64,000 bases of DNA from NCBI GenBank assembly GCA_024679065.1, contig JAGIQG010000011.1:34658001-34722000 (forward strand), in the 5' to 3' direction. Both the position numbers and the translations under genes were made by a program. Under the pieces are notes generated by a model. That model did not search any database, was not told the DNA's origin, and saw nothing but the letters and a program-made list of their open reading frames with translations. Numbering within the stretch: position 1 is the first letter of the stretch; the number at the start of each line of letters is the position of its first letter. This document shows, one piece after another, positions 25,125 through 37,209 of the stretch. The stretch is from Sphyrna mokarran. Lineage: Eukaryota.

Positions 25125-25995
25125 GTTTGGTGATACAGAACTTGAGAATTGCTGAAAAAATACATTTTGTTGAAGCTTTTCATCTTGAACTCATCAGGAC
25201 AATTGCAGGAATTTCAGTGTCAGCAGAAGTAACAGCCAGGATTCTCCCCACTCACTGCTGCTTGTTTTGTGGTGGCGGAGGCGGCCTACCACTGATTGGC
25301 AGTGGAATCTTCTCATCCCATTGCTATCAACAGTGTTTTCTGTTGTTCGTAACCTCCATCGTGATGGAGCATCATTGCTCCATCAATGGGCAAGGGGGAC
25401 TGCCCATTGGCGGGACCAGTAGATCCCACATACAGAAATAGCCGGAATATCACCTCCATGAACTTTATTCTATATGAGAAGAGAGTGGTGATCGATTGGC
25501 AAGTAGAGTCTGATTGGTAGAAGTACTACCGTGGAGACGTCATCAGTAAATTGTCACTGCGAAGCACTGTTTGAAAATTTAAATCAGATAATGTTAACTC
25601 TGATTGATCAAGGCATTGCACGAGTAATGAACCAGCAAATGGCTACCACATATTTTGTTTAGCAAAAACAAGTTTGCACATGTACTTTCTGTATGCAAAG
25701 AACAAAGCTCTGTGGAATAATAAGGTGTAACTTCCAGTACAACAAATGTGCGTGACTGACAATCTTAAATTGGTTGTCAGCATAACTTTTGGCACTTAGA
25801 GGATTATTTAGCAAATTCCAATCGTGGAATCATATCATGTTGTATTTTGATTTTTGCAAGTATGAGCTGATTGGGTAGTCTATACCTAGCCCATTGTGAA
25901 CAGTGGAAGAGACTTGTTGTTTGATACGATTCACAAGTTTTTGGGACATATGGCCTGTATATGTAGCATCACGTTGACACTGGAATTCATGTACT
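25125..25995 (-). mobile_element. Penelope-like element 3' part (GIY-YIG and pLTR with hammerhead core), with a MITE inserted at ~25232-25455
   Basis: Minus strand near 25995 reads VHEFQCQRDATYTGHMSQKLVNRIKQ, a GIY-YIG pattern. The terminal gtcCTGATGAgttcaagatGAAAagctTC motif is at 25169-25200. Confidence 0.75.
25169..25200 (-). ncRNA. Candidate minimal type I hammerhead ribozyme (PLE-associated)
   Basis: gtc-CUGAUGA-gu(ucaag)au-GAAA-agcu-UC-aac: catalytic core intact, palindromic AGCU in stem III, stems I and II weakened. Confidence 0.55.
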
Positions 25996-27499
25996 CTATA
26001 TCATATATCATTTACTATTTCATCATATAAGCATGTGTCAGAAATCATCCATTGAATTTAATGTTTTCTCAATCATTATTCTACGTGTTTATTGTGAGCT
26101 TGCCAACTTATTTAAAGTGGAACCACAAGTATAATTGATCTACTCATTACAAACCTAATGATATATGAGTAAAATGTTAGGTAATGCCATGTAGAAAATA
26201 TGATTAATGCTTTCCTCCTCTTTGGGGATTCTTCTTACTCCAGAGTAAATTCATAAACTTTGACGAAAAGTTCATTTAAATTATTTTAGTCTTATTAAAC
26301 ACATGCAAAATTACCAAGAAGTGCAAAATACTTTGCATCAAGTCAGACTTGCCAACAGATCAAAGAAAACTTGTGGGGCAGTTTGCCATCTGTGTCTATT
26401 ACAACTAGCAATTACCATCATCACTATTCTCAACCTGTCACAGAACTATGTTGATCTCATGCAGGATACATTTAAGAAACTTGTCTTTTTGTTCTGCACA
26501 CTTCCATTAAAGAAGGAAAAGAAACCATCCAACTATCCCCAAACAGTGTTTGCATATTTTATTAATGGACAATGTTAAATATTTATTCCAAAATTAAGAT
26601 ACAGGGTCATATTTCCCTCTCAGCAACTTGTAAAATGGGAGTTGCGCTTTTCTTACAGCTTCCAAAATGCACATACAACTTATATAGGGTCCTGGGATTT
26701 CTTGTTCTCGAGCTCCGGGAAGATTCCAAGTGCAGTTTGTAAGTTGCAATTGGGTGTGGTCTTGCATTTGAGAATGAAAGAAGATGGGTGGAGCCAGATG
26801 CTTCCCATCTTCTGTGCAATAAAAAAGTAACAAAGAGTGCCAAAATCAAATATCTGCCTGAAGACAGCTCTGCCATGCCACTTGAATTCTAAGCACCGTG
26901 TAGTTTGATAGTGGTGGATGCTATGTTTCTGTGTGAGCTGGAGGCTGCATTTCCTTAGTTATGTCAATATGCATTGTTGTATTTATTGTCCAAGCCAATG
27001 TTGCCATCTATCCTTTGAGAATCCTGATGCCTCATCTCTGAAAGTTTCTAAGTTTAAATGAAACATCATGCTACAGCTCACAGAGTTCTGCAAGTTGCCA
27101 AAGCAGCTCAGGTCACCTGCTGTACCTTGTAATCCAACTTTGGACCCTCTCGCACCCACAATGTCTCTCAATGCATTCCCCCTTCAGAGTTTCAGTACAC
27201 CGAGCACTCCCAGGCTTACATGCCAGAAACACCCCAAAGCAACCGTGAATAATCCTCAAATCCGACTGACCCAGGACATGGATTGACATCCTGCCATTTG
27301 CTTAGAACCCAAGCCTGTGCTGGGCAAGAGCTTCCCTCTCAAGCTGATCAACACCTACTTTGCATGACCATTAAATGCTGTGAAGTTTATGTCAAGGAAC
27401 GACATAACAACCACATATGCTGAGTCATGTGTCTGCTCTTCCTTTATTCCAGAGTGGTCTGCACCAATAATAGCCACAAGCCCCAGGGAGGAACTGCAC

Positions 27500-27690
27500 C
27501 CCAGTTCTCGAAGCACAGTCTACTGCAGCAGGTGGAGGCACACAGGAATATTCTATTCCAATAGAGCCCAGTTGTTTTCCTGGGTCAGCCTGGCTCAAGA
27601 TAGCTGAGGTGGTCAGTACCTCGGGCCAGAACCAGCAAGTGGATCCAGTGCTGTAAGTAGTTCGGTGACTTGCACTATGTTAAGGTGAGT
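27500..27690 (+). mobile_element. Harbinger Myb/SANT-like ORF relic
   Basis: EAHRNILF...WIQCCK*FGDL followed by a gtgagt donor; matches the WxQCxKKFNDL motif of Harbinger Myb-like proteins. Confidence 0.5.
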
Positions 27691-27699
27691 GAGATGTCC

Positions 27700-28510
27700 A
27701 TATTAGGCATACTAGACATATTGACAACATTCAGGCTTAGGTTGATAAGTGGCAAATGATAGTTGTGTCACACAAATGCCAGGCAATGACCATCTTCAAT
27801 AAGAGAAAATAAAAATATTTTCCCTTGCCACTGGGCAGAGTTTCAATCGTGAAATCCCATGTCATCACCAGCCTAGGTGGAGGGATTATTAACCAGAAAC
27901 TCAACTGGACTAGTTATATAAATACTGTGGCTATAACAGCAGTTCAGAAGCTGGAGATTCTGTGGCAAGTAAATAAAACCTCCCAAATTCTACTCAAGGC
28001 ACACAAGTAAGGAGAATAATGGAATACTCTCCACATGTCTGGAAAAGCACAGATCTAACAATGCTCAAGAAGCTCGACACCACCGAGAAGCAATTGACTT
28101 AATGGGCATCCCATCCACTAGTTTAAAAAACCACTCACTCCGCCGCCAGCACACAATTGCCGCAGTGTGTGTTTATTTACAAGGATGTTACAGAAACTTA
28201 TTAAGGTTTTTTTGGCAGCATCTTCCAAGCCCAAGACCCCTACCACCTCAAAGGTCAAGGGCAGCAGGCACTTGGAACAACACCACTTGCAATCCTCTTC
28301 AAGTCAGAAATACCATGTTACTTGGAATTTTATTGCCATTCATTCAGTGTTGCTGGGTGAAAAATGTGGAACTCCCTTCCTCGTCCACCCAACATGGTCT
28401 GCAGCAGTTTATCAAAAATAGCTCCCCAAAACTTTCTGAAGGGCAAACAGGGGTGGGCAAGAAATGCTGGTCTAGCTAGCAAATCTCATTTGCCACGAGT
28501 GAATAACACA
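27700..28510 (+). mobile_element. CR1-superfamily LINE 'family B' 3' end
   Basis: Degenerate ORF2 end (INQKLNWTSYINTVAITAVQKLEIL). The tail gggcaagaaatgctggtctagc is shared with SINE family B. Confidence 0.7.
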
Positions 28511-29539
28511 AATTAACTCATTTAACTTGTTCAATTTGACAAGTCCTGTGGTTAATCCTCTGTAAAATTAAATTCACAGTTATTGCAGAGGGTGTTTGTG
28601 TCTTTGAAAATTTATACCACAAACTGCTGGATAATGACGTGCCATGATGTATAAGATCAATAAAATGTTCCACCTCTGACAGGAAACCATCTAGTCATCT
28701 GTGTAAAACGTTTACTGCATTACTCAGTAATATAATGTAGTCATAGTCTACTAGGGTACGAATCTCCTTATTTGGCTCCCTTTCACAACAACCAGAAAAT
28801 CTTTTTGTTTATGTTTCAGATGACTTTTATTCAAAAGTTGCAGTGTAAGCATCATTACTCATTTGATGACAAGATTACTATTTAAAGATTGTTCTGATCT
28901 GTCTGCTTCTCATAATGATTTGCATGCTTAAACACTGGGTGGTGTTTATAAGATAAAAGTAGAACGGCAGTAATTATCAATTCCAACTGAGTGCAGGAGC
29001 TGCATTATCATATTCTGTTCAAATTAAAAATTGTTGGAGCACTGTTGTGCTGGAGAAGAGGTTGGGTGACGGGGGACTGTTTCTCTGGTAATAGATTCAC
29101 TCTAGAAAACTCCTCCCACCAACCAACAAAGGCAATGATTCATTTGTGTGATCTACAGACATTGGCAATCCTCCAGTTGTTCAATGGTACATTCTAGACA
29201 ATGTTTGTTAAGGTTGTTGTATAAAGCCTAACAATTAAGCAAAGGCAGTTTTCACTTTAAACATTCATATACAGCTACATGAATAACAAGAACAACAAGA
29301 ATATGCCTACATAAAGCATCCTTAATACAGAAGAACATTCTCAGGATCTTCAGAAAGGAATTATCAAACAAAAATGGATGCTGAGGCAGCACATTAAACG
29401 TTATACCTAAACCTTAGTCAAAAGAGACAAGTTTTACGAAGACCCTTAAAGAAAAAGAGGTTCTTGAGGTCGAAGGATTTAAGTGTAGAATGATACGAAT
29501 ATAGAGCTCAGAAAGCAGCCACTCAGCACATTATCAAAA

Positions 29540-29855
29540 GGCAGCACAGTGACACAGTAGTTAACACTGCTGCTTCACAGTGTCAGGGACCCGAGTTTAA
29601 TTCAGGCCTTGGGTCACAATTTATGTGGAGTTTGCACATTCTCCATTGTCCACATGGGTTTCTCTGGGTATCCTGGCTTCCTCCCACAGTCCAAAGATGT
29701 GTGGGTTAGATTGATTAGCCATGCTAAATTGACCCTTGTGTTAGGGGATTAGCAGGGTAAATATGTGGGGTTACAGGAAAAGAGCCTGGGTGGGATGTGG
29801 TCGATGCAGGCTCGATGGGCCAGATGGCTTTCTTCTGTACTGTAGAGGTTCTATG
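29540..29855 (+). mobile_element. HE1-like V-SINE
   Basis: ggcagcacagtgacacagtagttaacactgctgc head, V-domain and ttctatga tail. Confidence 0.85.
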
Positions 29856-30059
29856 AAAATATCTGTGTTGGTTCATTAAAAGAGCAACTCTATTATTTCC
29901 ACTCTGCTAAGTTTTGCCCATAGCCATACAAATTTTCACTACAAGTATTTATCCAATTCCCTTTTAAATAATACTATTGAAGCTGGTTCTATCACTCTTT
30001 CAAGGACTACACTGCAGATCAGAATAGCTTGTTGTGTAAAAACAAAATTGCTCATATTT

Positions 30060-30390
30060 AGAGTGGCACAGTGGCTAGCTGCCTCACTGCACCATGGACC
30101 CGGGTTTGATTCTAGTCTTGGGTGACTGTCTGCATGGATTTTGCACATTCTTCCCATACCTCCAGATGCATCGGTTTCCTTCCACAGTCCAAAGATGTGC
30201 AAGTTAGGTGGACTGGTCATGCTGAATTACCCCTTAGTTTCCCAAAATGTGTATGTGGGATGGATAAGCCAATGTAAATGACTGGGATTAAGGGGACAGG
30301 GTCTGGGTAAGATACTCTGTTAGAGAATCGGTGCAGACTTAATGGATCAAATAGCCTTCATCTGTAATCTAGGGATTCTATAATTCTATG
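30060..30390 (+). mobile_element. HE1-like V-SINE inserted in an old minus-strand CR1 end (29855-30500)
   Basis: gtggcacagtggctagc head, tcctccacagtccaaagatgtgc and ggattctataattctatg tail. Both flanks are CR1-like (FKRELDKYL on the minus strand). Confidence 0.8.
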
Positions 30391-30839
30391 TTCTTGCTGG
30401 TTCTCTCATCAATTATTTTGAACCTGCATCCTTTGTTTACTGACCCTTCTGATCGAGAAACAGAATTTACTCTATGAAAACCCTTCATGACTTTGAACAT
30501 TTCCATGAAGTATGAAACTATGAACATACAAAAAATGGCCCCTCTGGCCCATCCAACTTACATTCAACACTTTTCATCCCACCCCGAGTCAGGTGACCAA
30601 TGCAAAGTATTCATCTCATATTTCTGTTGTATTCAGTCAGCCTGTTGCAACCTGCCCTTCAACATCCTATACTGGCTCAGAACAGTCTTAGACAGGTCTC
30701 TGATCCTTTACATCACTGAAAAAAATTATTCCATTACTTTCATAATTGCCTATGATTTTTTTGTTTCCATTAGTCTTTCAGCTGATATAATAGCCACATT
30801 TGTTTTCTTCAGTTGTGCTTTAACTCTCATTATTGATTT

Positions 30840-31258
30840 TTATTATTCATTCATTCATAGGACATGGGCATTGCTGGCTGGCCAGCATTTATTACCATTC
30901 CTAATTGCATGAGGGCAATTGAGAGTCAACCACATTGCTGTGGCTCTGGAGTCACATGTAGATTAGACCAGGTAAGGACGGCAAATTTCCCTTCCTAAAG
31001 GGATGGGTTTTTCTGACAATCTGACAGTGGTTTCATGGCCATCAGTACATTCTTAATTCTAGATTGCTTTTTTATTGAATTCAAATTCTACCATCTGCTG
31101 TGAGATTCGAACAGTAATAAGTCTCACAACACTACTGTGCTTACCCAAGTCCAATGCAGTATCTTCACATCGCGGGATTTGAACCTAGCTCCCCAAAACA
31201 TTAGTTGAGTTTCTGGATTAATAGTCTAGCAATAATACCACTAGGCCACCGCTTCCCT
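30840..31258 (-). mobile_element. tRNA SINE family B with internal PLE-hairpin remnant
   Basis: Reverse complement of 40630-40975 with a 59-bp insert at 31113-31171. Confidence 0.8.
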
Positions 31259-32004
31259 ATTGATGACAGTTGTCATACAAGTCAGTAATTAATATTAATA
31301 AGATAATAGTTTCTTTCTATGGTAACTCATCATCAAAACTGTCCTTATGGATGGATGACTATCTAGCATGTCATGGTTAAGGGGTCTGACACTGGCGATT
31401 TCCGATATTTGTTTCCAGTGATTGCGCTGAGTTTAACAACGAATAAATTTTAAGTACTTACTAAGGCAAAATCCAGTTTTTCTATAATGCCATAGTTTCT
31501 CACTGATAAAAATAGCAACCCCCTCTCCCACTCTATCCTTTCCAAATTATTGTAACCTTCTAGATGCTTTTCTGTTCCATCGTTTTCATCAGCCATATCT
31601 CATGAATGCACTGTTTAATTTTCCAACACAGCATATAATTGCATTCCTAACGACTTGTTTTTAACACTAGTTGCATTTACATAAAATTGAAGTTCTCCTA
31701 TTTATCATAATGTTATTTGTTCTTGAATGCTTCCTATCTGGTTTAACTACATTTACAATAAATTATAATTAAAGATGGTAGAATTGTCTTTAAATAAATC
31801 TGCACTATTGCATGCTGAAATTGTTTAAATGTTACTTTGAAGTAAGCTTCACAACCTTAAGCCTAGATGTCTACTATCCCTTCTAAACAACTTACCTTGT
31901 CCATTGAATATGTCCCACTTGTAAACTAAGTGGAACTCCATCTTTTTACAATGATTTCATAGCCAGATGTTGAATCCTATGACTTGAGTGTTCCTCTCCA
32001 CTGT

Positions 32005-33480
32005 CAGACTAGCACTCACATAACTCTGCAGCTTGACTCATGCGCAATGTGAAAAGACTTTGTGCATATGTGCAGCAGCAGCTAACAGTTAAATACAGAA
32101 CTCTGGTGTCAGCTGCCTCACTTTCAGATTTGCAACTTGAGAGGAAATGAAAACACTTCTTACTTCTGAGTCAGAAGACTGTACATTCAAGTCTCAAACA
32201 ATGACCAAAGTCCATAAGCAGACAATTCAAGCCATATTGAGGGAGATGCCATTGTTGGGAATGCTAGCTCTTGCATGAAGTTTTAAACCAAGGTCTCACT
32301 GACCTATTATAAAGGTTCAAATGGACTAACTCTTCATGCCCCAGAAACTACCACTTGGGACTTTTTGTGGGATGTCATCTATGTGATGTTTGGAAGAAAT
32401 CTATGGTTTCTACCCATGAAATAATTAATATTCAAATGTAGACTTATTACAATTCCTTGGCAGATATCTTCAATCAAATCATTTATATGGCAGATCTTGG
32501 CCTCTGTCTGCTATTGACAAAGCTTTATTTCTATGTGGGGCTGCAAGTACTTTTCAGTTACCTTAGACGGGTATGAGGCTTATGCATATAAAGACTCAGC
32601 TGACATCCGATCACCATGCTCTTCTGGAACTTGTCTGACTTCCTTTAGAGTTCAGAGAGTAATTTCCCAGAGTTTTATTCTAAAGTGGTCTAAAGTTGAC
32701 AAAGATTTTTGGCCATTTTATGTCTCTCCTATGTTGTGTGGCAAATAGAAAGTGCAAGGGGTTAGAAAACTGTGCTGTGCAATATTATGTTAAAGGATAG
32801 TCTTGATGGATCATCTGGTCTACTCCTGTTTTTCATTTTCATGATTTCTAGGTTTGGAGTCAGAGTGAATAATAGATGGATCAACACTAACCAATACGTA
32901 CACTTACAGTAAATGTCATGATCAGAATGACCTAAAGTAATTTCACTCTAGTGCCCGGGTCAATACTCCTACTGCAGTTCTAACTTAGCACAAAATATGG
33001 ATCAAACTTGAGAGTGCATGGAATTGTATAAGAAATAAAGAAATAGCAGCAGGATAAGAACATAAGAAATAGGAGCAGGACATTTGTCTGTAGTAGAAAT
33101 TAATATCTTTTTTTAAAGAAAGAAATAACTTGCATTTATGGAGTTTTTTGAGGATATCTTAATATTCAAATACCCACTGGACACTTACAATCGGCCAATG
33201 GGGCCTTGGTTTAAACCTTTATGAATTTCCAACAATGACACCTTCCTCCGTATGGCATGAATTGTCTGCTTATGGGATTAGATCATTGCTTTGAGGCTTG
33301 AATGCATAGTCGTCTGACTCAGAGGTAAGGAGCGTTTTCATTTCCTCCTAAGTTGCCAATCTGAAAGTGAGGCGGCTGATAAAGGAGCTCTGTGATTAGC
33401 TGTTAGTTGCTGCCACACACATGCACAAAGTCTTTTCACACTGTGCATGAATCCAGCTGCAGAATTTTGTGAGTGTTAGC
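32005..33480. repeat. Inverted duplication, ~300-bp arms (32005-32305 / 33190-33480)
   Basis: For example gtgaaaagactttgtgcat versus atgcacaaagtcttttcac, and gcctcactttcagatt versus aatctgaaagtgaggc. The arms include a DeuSINE head plus non-SINE flank. Confidence 0.85.
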
Positions 33481-33524
33481 CAAACAAGTTCATTTTCATT
33501 TGATAGACATGAATGAAAGTATAC

Positions 33525-33670
33525 AGTCATAGAGAGACAGAAGCAGACAGAAAGAGGGGAAACCTCTCGTACATGTGCACTGAAAGAGACATACAGATGG
33601 AAAGATGGAAAGATAGAAAATCAGACAAAGAGATCACTGGCAATAAGAAAAAAGAGAGAGAGAGAGAGAT
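33525..33670. repeat. AG-rich low-complexity tract / (GA)n microsatellite
   Basis: Directly visible purine-rich tract ending in (ga)n. Confidence 0.8.
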
Positions 33671-34366
33671 ATTCAGGAACCAATAGCAGCACTGAACCTT
33701 GTAGATAACCATGGTAATTGCTACTGTTCAGCAAACAACCTGCCTTGTGTCAAAACAATTATTACCGTGGTAAAACCTCAATATGCACACACCTTCCAAT
33801 TCATATTGTCTTCAGCCTTAATTTTTACCACAAGGAAGTGTTATTGTATTTGTCAATAGGTCAAATTTCTTTATTTTGAAACTTTGAACTATTTGTTGAG
33901 AGATTGTTATACTAAAATAAAGGGTCCACTCTGTGTGGAAGCACTCTATTTGTGGCACCGATCAAACATTGCAATCCTTTTTGGTTATCCATATAGACAA
34001 TGAAAGCAAAGCAAGAGATGCTGGGAGTTGTGCTGCAGCAACAAAGCAAACTTTGTAACAGGCATGAAATGAAAACATCTGCAGTGCAAAACCATGCATA
34101 TTATATTTTAGACATAGACATAATACAGACATAACACACAAGCAATAAGAGGAAAGGATAATTAGTAACATGGGGAAACTACAGGCAGGAAGGAAGCCTT
34201 CATTAAAATACTAATTATGAATTTTATCTTAGGTTACTATCTGAAACAGAATTTGTATAGAGTAACGTAAATCACAGCCTTGGATGTTTATTCACGTTAT
34301 CATTTCAGATTTAAAGTTTAACATTTATTTATTTGTGTCATGTGTAGGCTTACATTAACACTGTAA

Positions 34367-34555
34367 AAATTTCATAATATCAGGTTAAAGTCCAACAGGT
34401 TTACTTGGAATCATGAACTTTCAGAACACTGCTCCTTCATTAGGTGAGTGATGAAGGAGCAGCGCTCCAAAAGTTCATGATTCCAAATAGACCTGGTGTT
34501 TGAGACTTCTTATTGTGCCCATCCCAGTCCAATGCTGGCATCTCCTTATCATGGC
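34367..34555. mobile_element. Palindromic Penelope-derived mini-element with degenerate hammerhead cores
   Basis: ttggaatcatgaactttcagaacactgctccttcat...atgaaggagcagcgctccaaaagttcatgattccaa. It is flanked by an imperfect duplication tacattaaca(c/t)t(g/a)taa. Confidence 0.7.
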
Positions 34556-34969
34556 TACATTAACATTATAATGAAGTTACTGTGAAAAGATTGTTAATAA
34601 GCTGCATCTAGTCGTCCCTAGTATATGGGAGGAGTACATTCAGCACTTCAAGTACATTGGCAGTCAAACATGGCTTTAATCAATAGGTCTGTGTAGATAT
34701 ACACCACCCTCTCATCATCAAAATGGAATTCCTTCATTGGTGTTAACTATGTCTGGCATGAATTGAGAAAGATCATGGTAAAAATTTCCTAACAATCACT
34801 TCCTTGTTTAATACATGGATATTTTGCATGTTAATGCAATCAGGTAAACTGTACCTTGATACTGTTTATAGGACTGTGCTAGCTATGCTGTACGAGGTTG
34901 ATCAGATTGAAAATTATGGCTACTTTGTCCCTTGAGTTTGCAGGAGGGTCATCTGGTTGTGCGTTCATA

Positions 34970-35305
34970 GATTTCTTACAGCGCAGAAGACAGCGTCCAG
35001 CCTATCAAGCCTACAGCAACTCTCTGGCAGAGTATCTTATCCAAGCCCTCTCACCTGCCCTATCCCACACATTTACCCTGGCTAATTTCGCCTAGCCTAT
35101 ACATCTTGGGATATTAACGGTCATTTAGCATGAACAATCCACTTAACTTACATATCTTTGGACTGTGTGAGGAAACCAGAGCACTCAATGGAAATCTGTG
35201 CAGACACGGCGAGAATGTGCAAACTCCACACAGTAGTTACCCAAGGCAGAAATTGAACGTGGGTACCTGGTCTATGAGACAGCAGTGCTAATGACTGTGC
35301 CACAA
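34970..35305 (-). mobile_element. HE1-like V-SINE
   Basis: atctttggactgtgtgaggaaaccagagcac...gcagtgctaatgactgtgccac. Confidence 0.8.
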
Positions 35306-36289
35306 TGCTGTCCACTATTCTCTGTAAATAAATATCAACAGCTGATGAGAACACTGTTAATGGAAACATTAAAAGCAATTCCAAAAACTGTCAAAAAGCT
35401 AGAAATGGAATATAGAGACCGTTCATCTACCGTTACAAAATATTCCAACAGCTCTTGTTGCATGGTGTTAGAAAATATTTTGTTCCATCACAAGTTAAAA
35501 AAAATGAAAGAAAGGAATCAAGTGAAATGTCCAAAATGAAATCCACAAAATAAAACACACTGTAATTTCTTGCAATGTCTTCTTCAAAGAGTTTGAGCAG
35601 TCAACTGAATTGTACAGGCCTGAAGGTCTTAAGCTTGATTACTGGCCTACATTGAGTTAGTTGATCAATGTTGAGGCATTACAAATCAACTTTGTCGCCC
35701 CTAAGCTTAATAGGGAGAAACAAAAGTGTTTGAATTTCCATCCTGATCAATATCTAATGAGCCATGCTGAAAATAGTGTGTCTGTATTATCAATGCCTAG
35801 TGAGGACAGTATCAGCCACGTACCTCACCAGGATCAATTAGTCTGCTGACGATCATGTGAAGTGAAGTGTGGCCAGTTGAACAAATTCTGGAGGGTATCC
35901 AATGTCTGTGTAAAATTACTGGAGCTTATGTCAATTCTTTCAAGAGTGGAGAAGTACGAACTGGAAGAGAAAGGATCATCATTTTCAACGGTTGTAGTTA
36001 TAGTAAGCTATGACTATTACAAGCTCTAATGCCAAGAAATGCTGACCTGAAATTTGCACTTTTGTTAGTCATTTTCTCTTGGATCGTGCTAGATATGAAC
36101 CATTAGTTGAATTCAGCTCAGTAACATCTTTCTGACCCTCAGATCATCTGCTGTTTCATCAATCTTTGTCTTTTGTGTGCATAACCTTTCTGAAAAATTT
36201 GAACAGTGTTACATTCATTATGTCTCAGACACATTCTGGGCATTTCTTGGCAGGACAAGGTCCTGAAGTGTGTTAATTCCACTAATTTA

Positions 36290-36585
36290 TAGGATCTCCA
36301 TTTGGCCCATTGTACCGACAACACCCCCCACCCAGGCCATATCCCTGTAACTTTACGTATTTACTCTGCTAATCCCTCTGACACTAAGGAGCAATTTAGC
36401 ATGGCCAATCAACCTAATCTACACATCTTTGGAGTGTGGGAGTAAACTGGAACACCTGGAGGAAACCAATGTAGATACGGGAACAATGTGCAAACTCTGT
36501 GCAGTCACCCAAGGCCAGAATTGAACCCAGGTCCCTGGCACTGTGAGGCAGCAGTGTTAAGCACTGTGCCATTGTGCCACCCCAA
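36290..36585 (-). mobile_element. HE1-like V-SINE
   Basis: gcaatttagcatggccaatcaacctaa...gtccctggcactgtgaggcagcagtg. Confidence 0.85.
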
Positions 36586-36589
36586 ATAT

Positions 36590-36900
36590 TCATTGCTCAA
36601 CCAGTGACTTCTGTGCTGGTTTGGTCATGTTCATCAGGTGAATGATGGCCGTATACCTAAAGGCCTATTGCATGATGAACAGGCTACTGGGTCATGACAT
36701 CCTGCTTGCTCATACCTCCACTACATGGATAGCTTGAAAGCAAGATATGAATATTGCGGAACCTTGAGGCTGACAATTGGGAGACATCATTGGCAGACGT
36801 GACTCTGACTGATTGGAAGGGCACTGGAAAAGATGAGTGGAAATGAAAAGCTCAGCTGGCCAAAAAGAGAATTCAGAGGAAAGAGAGGCCAGAAAAACAT
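36590..36900 (+). mobile_element. RTE LINE C-terminal fragment
   Basis: LCWFGHVHQVNDGRIPKGLL matches the RTE motif LRWxGHVxRMxDxRIPK. Confidence 0.65.
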
Positions 36901-37209
36901 ACAGCTCCTCAGTATACCTCTAAGCTACCTTCTAAAATAAGCAGTATGCTGGTATCTGAGCTGGCACTTGCAAAATGAGAGTAAGTGACAGAGTTTGACA
37001 AACTTCAGGCTCTTCTTCCTCCTGACTTTCACACTTCTGGAATCACTGCCTGGTCAGATTTCAGTTTTTGGATATCTGAAAGGAGAAGCGCACAGAGATG
37101 GCAATCAGGAGCAGTGCTTGTTTGAGCTAAAGCAGAAGAGATTATGGGATGAGAGGAAATTGGGATGTAAGAAGAAGGATTAAATAGGAACATAGGATCA
37201 CCAACAATG

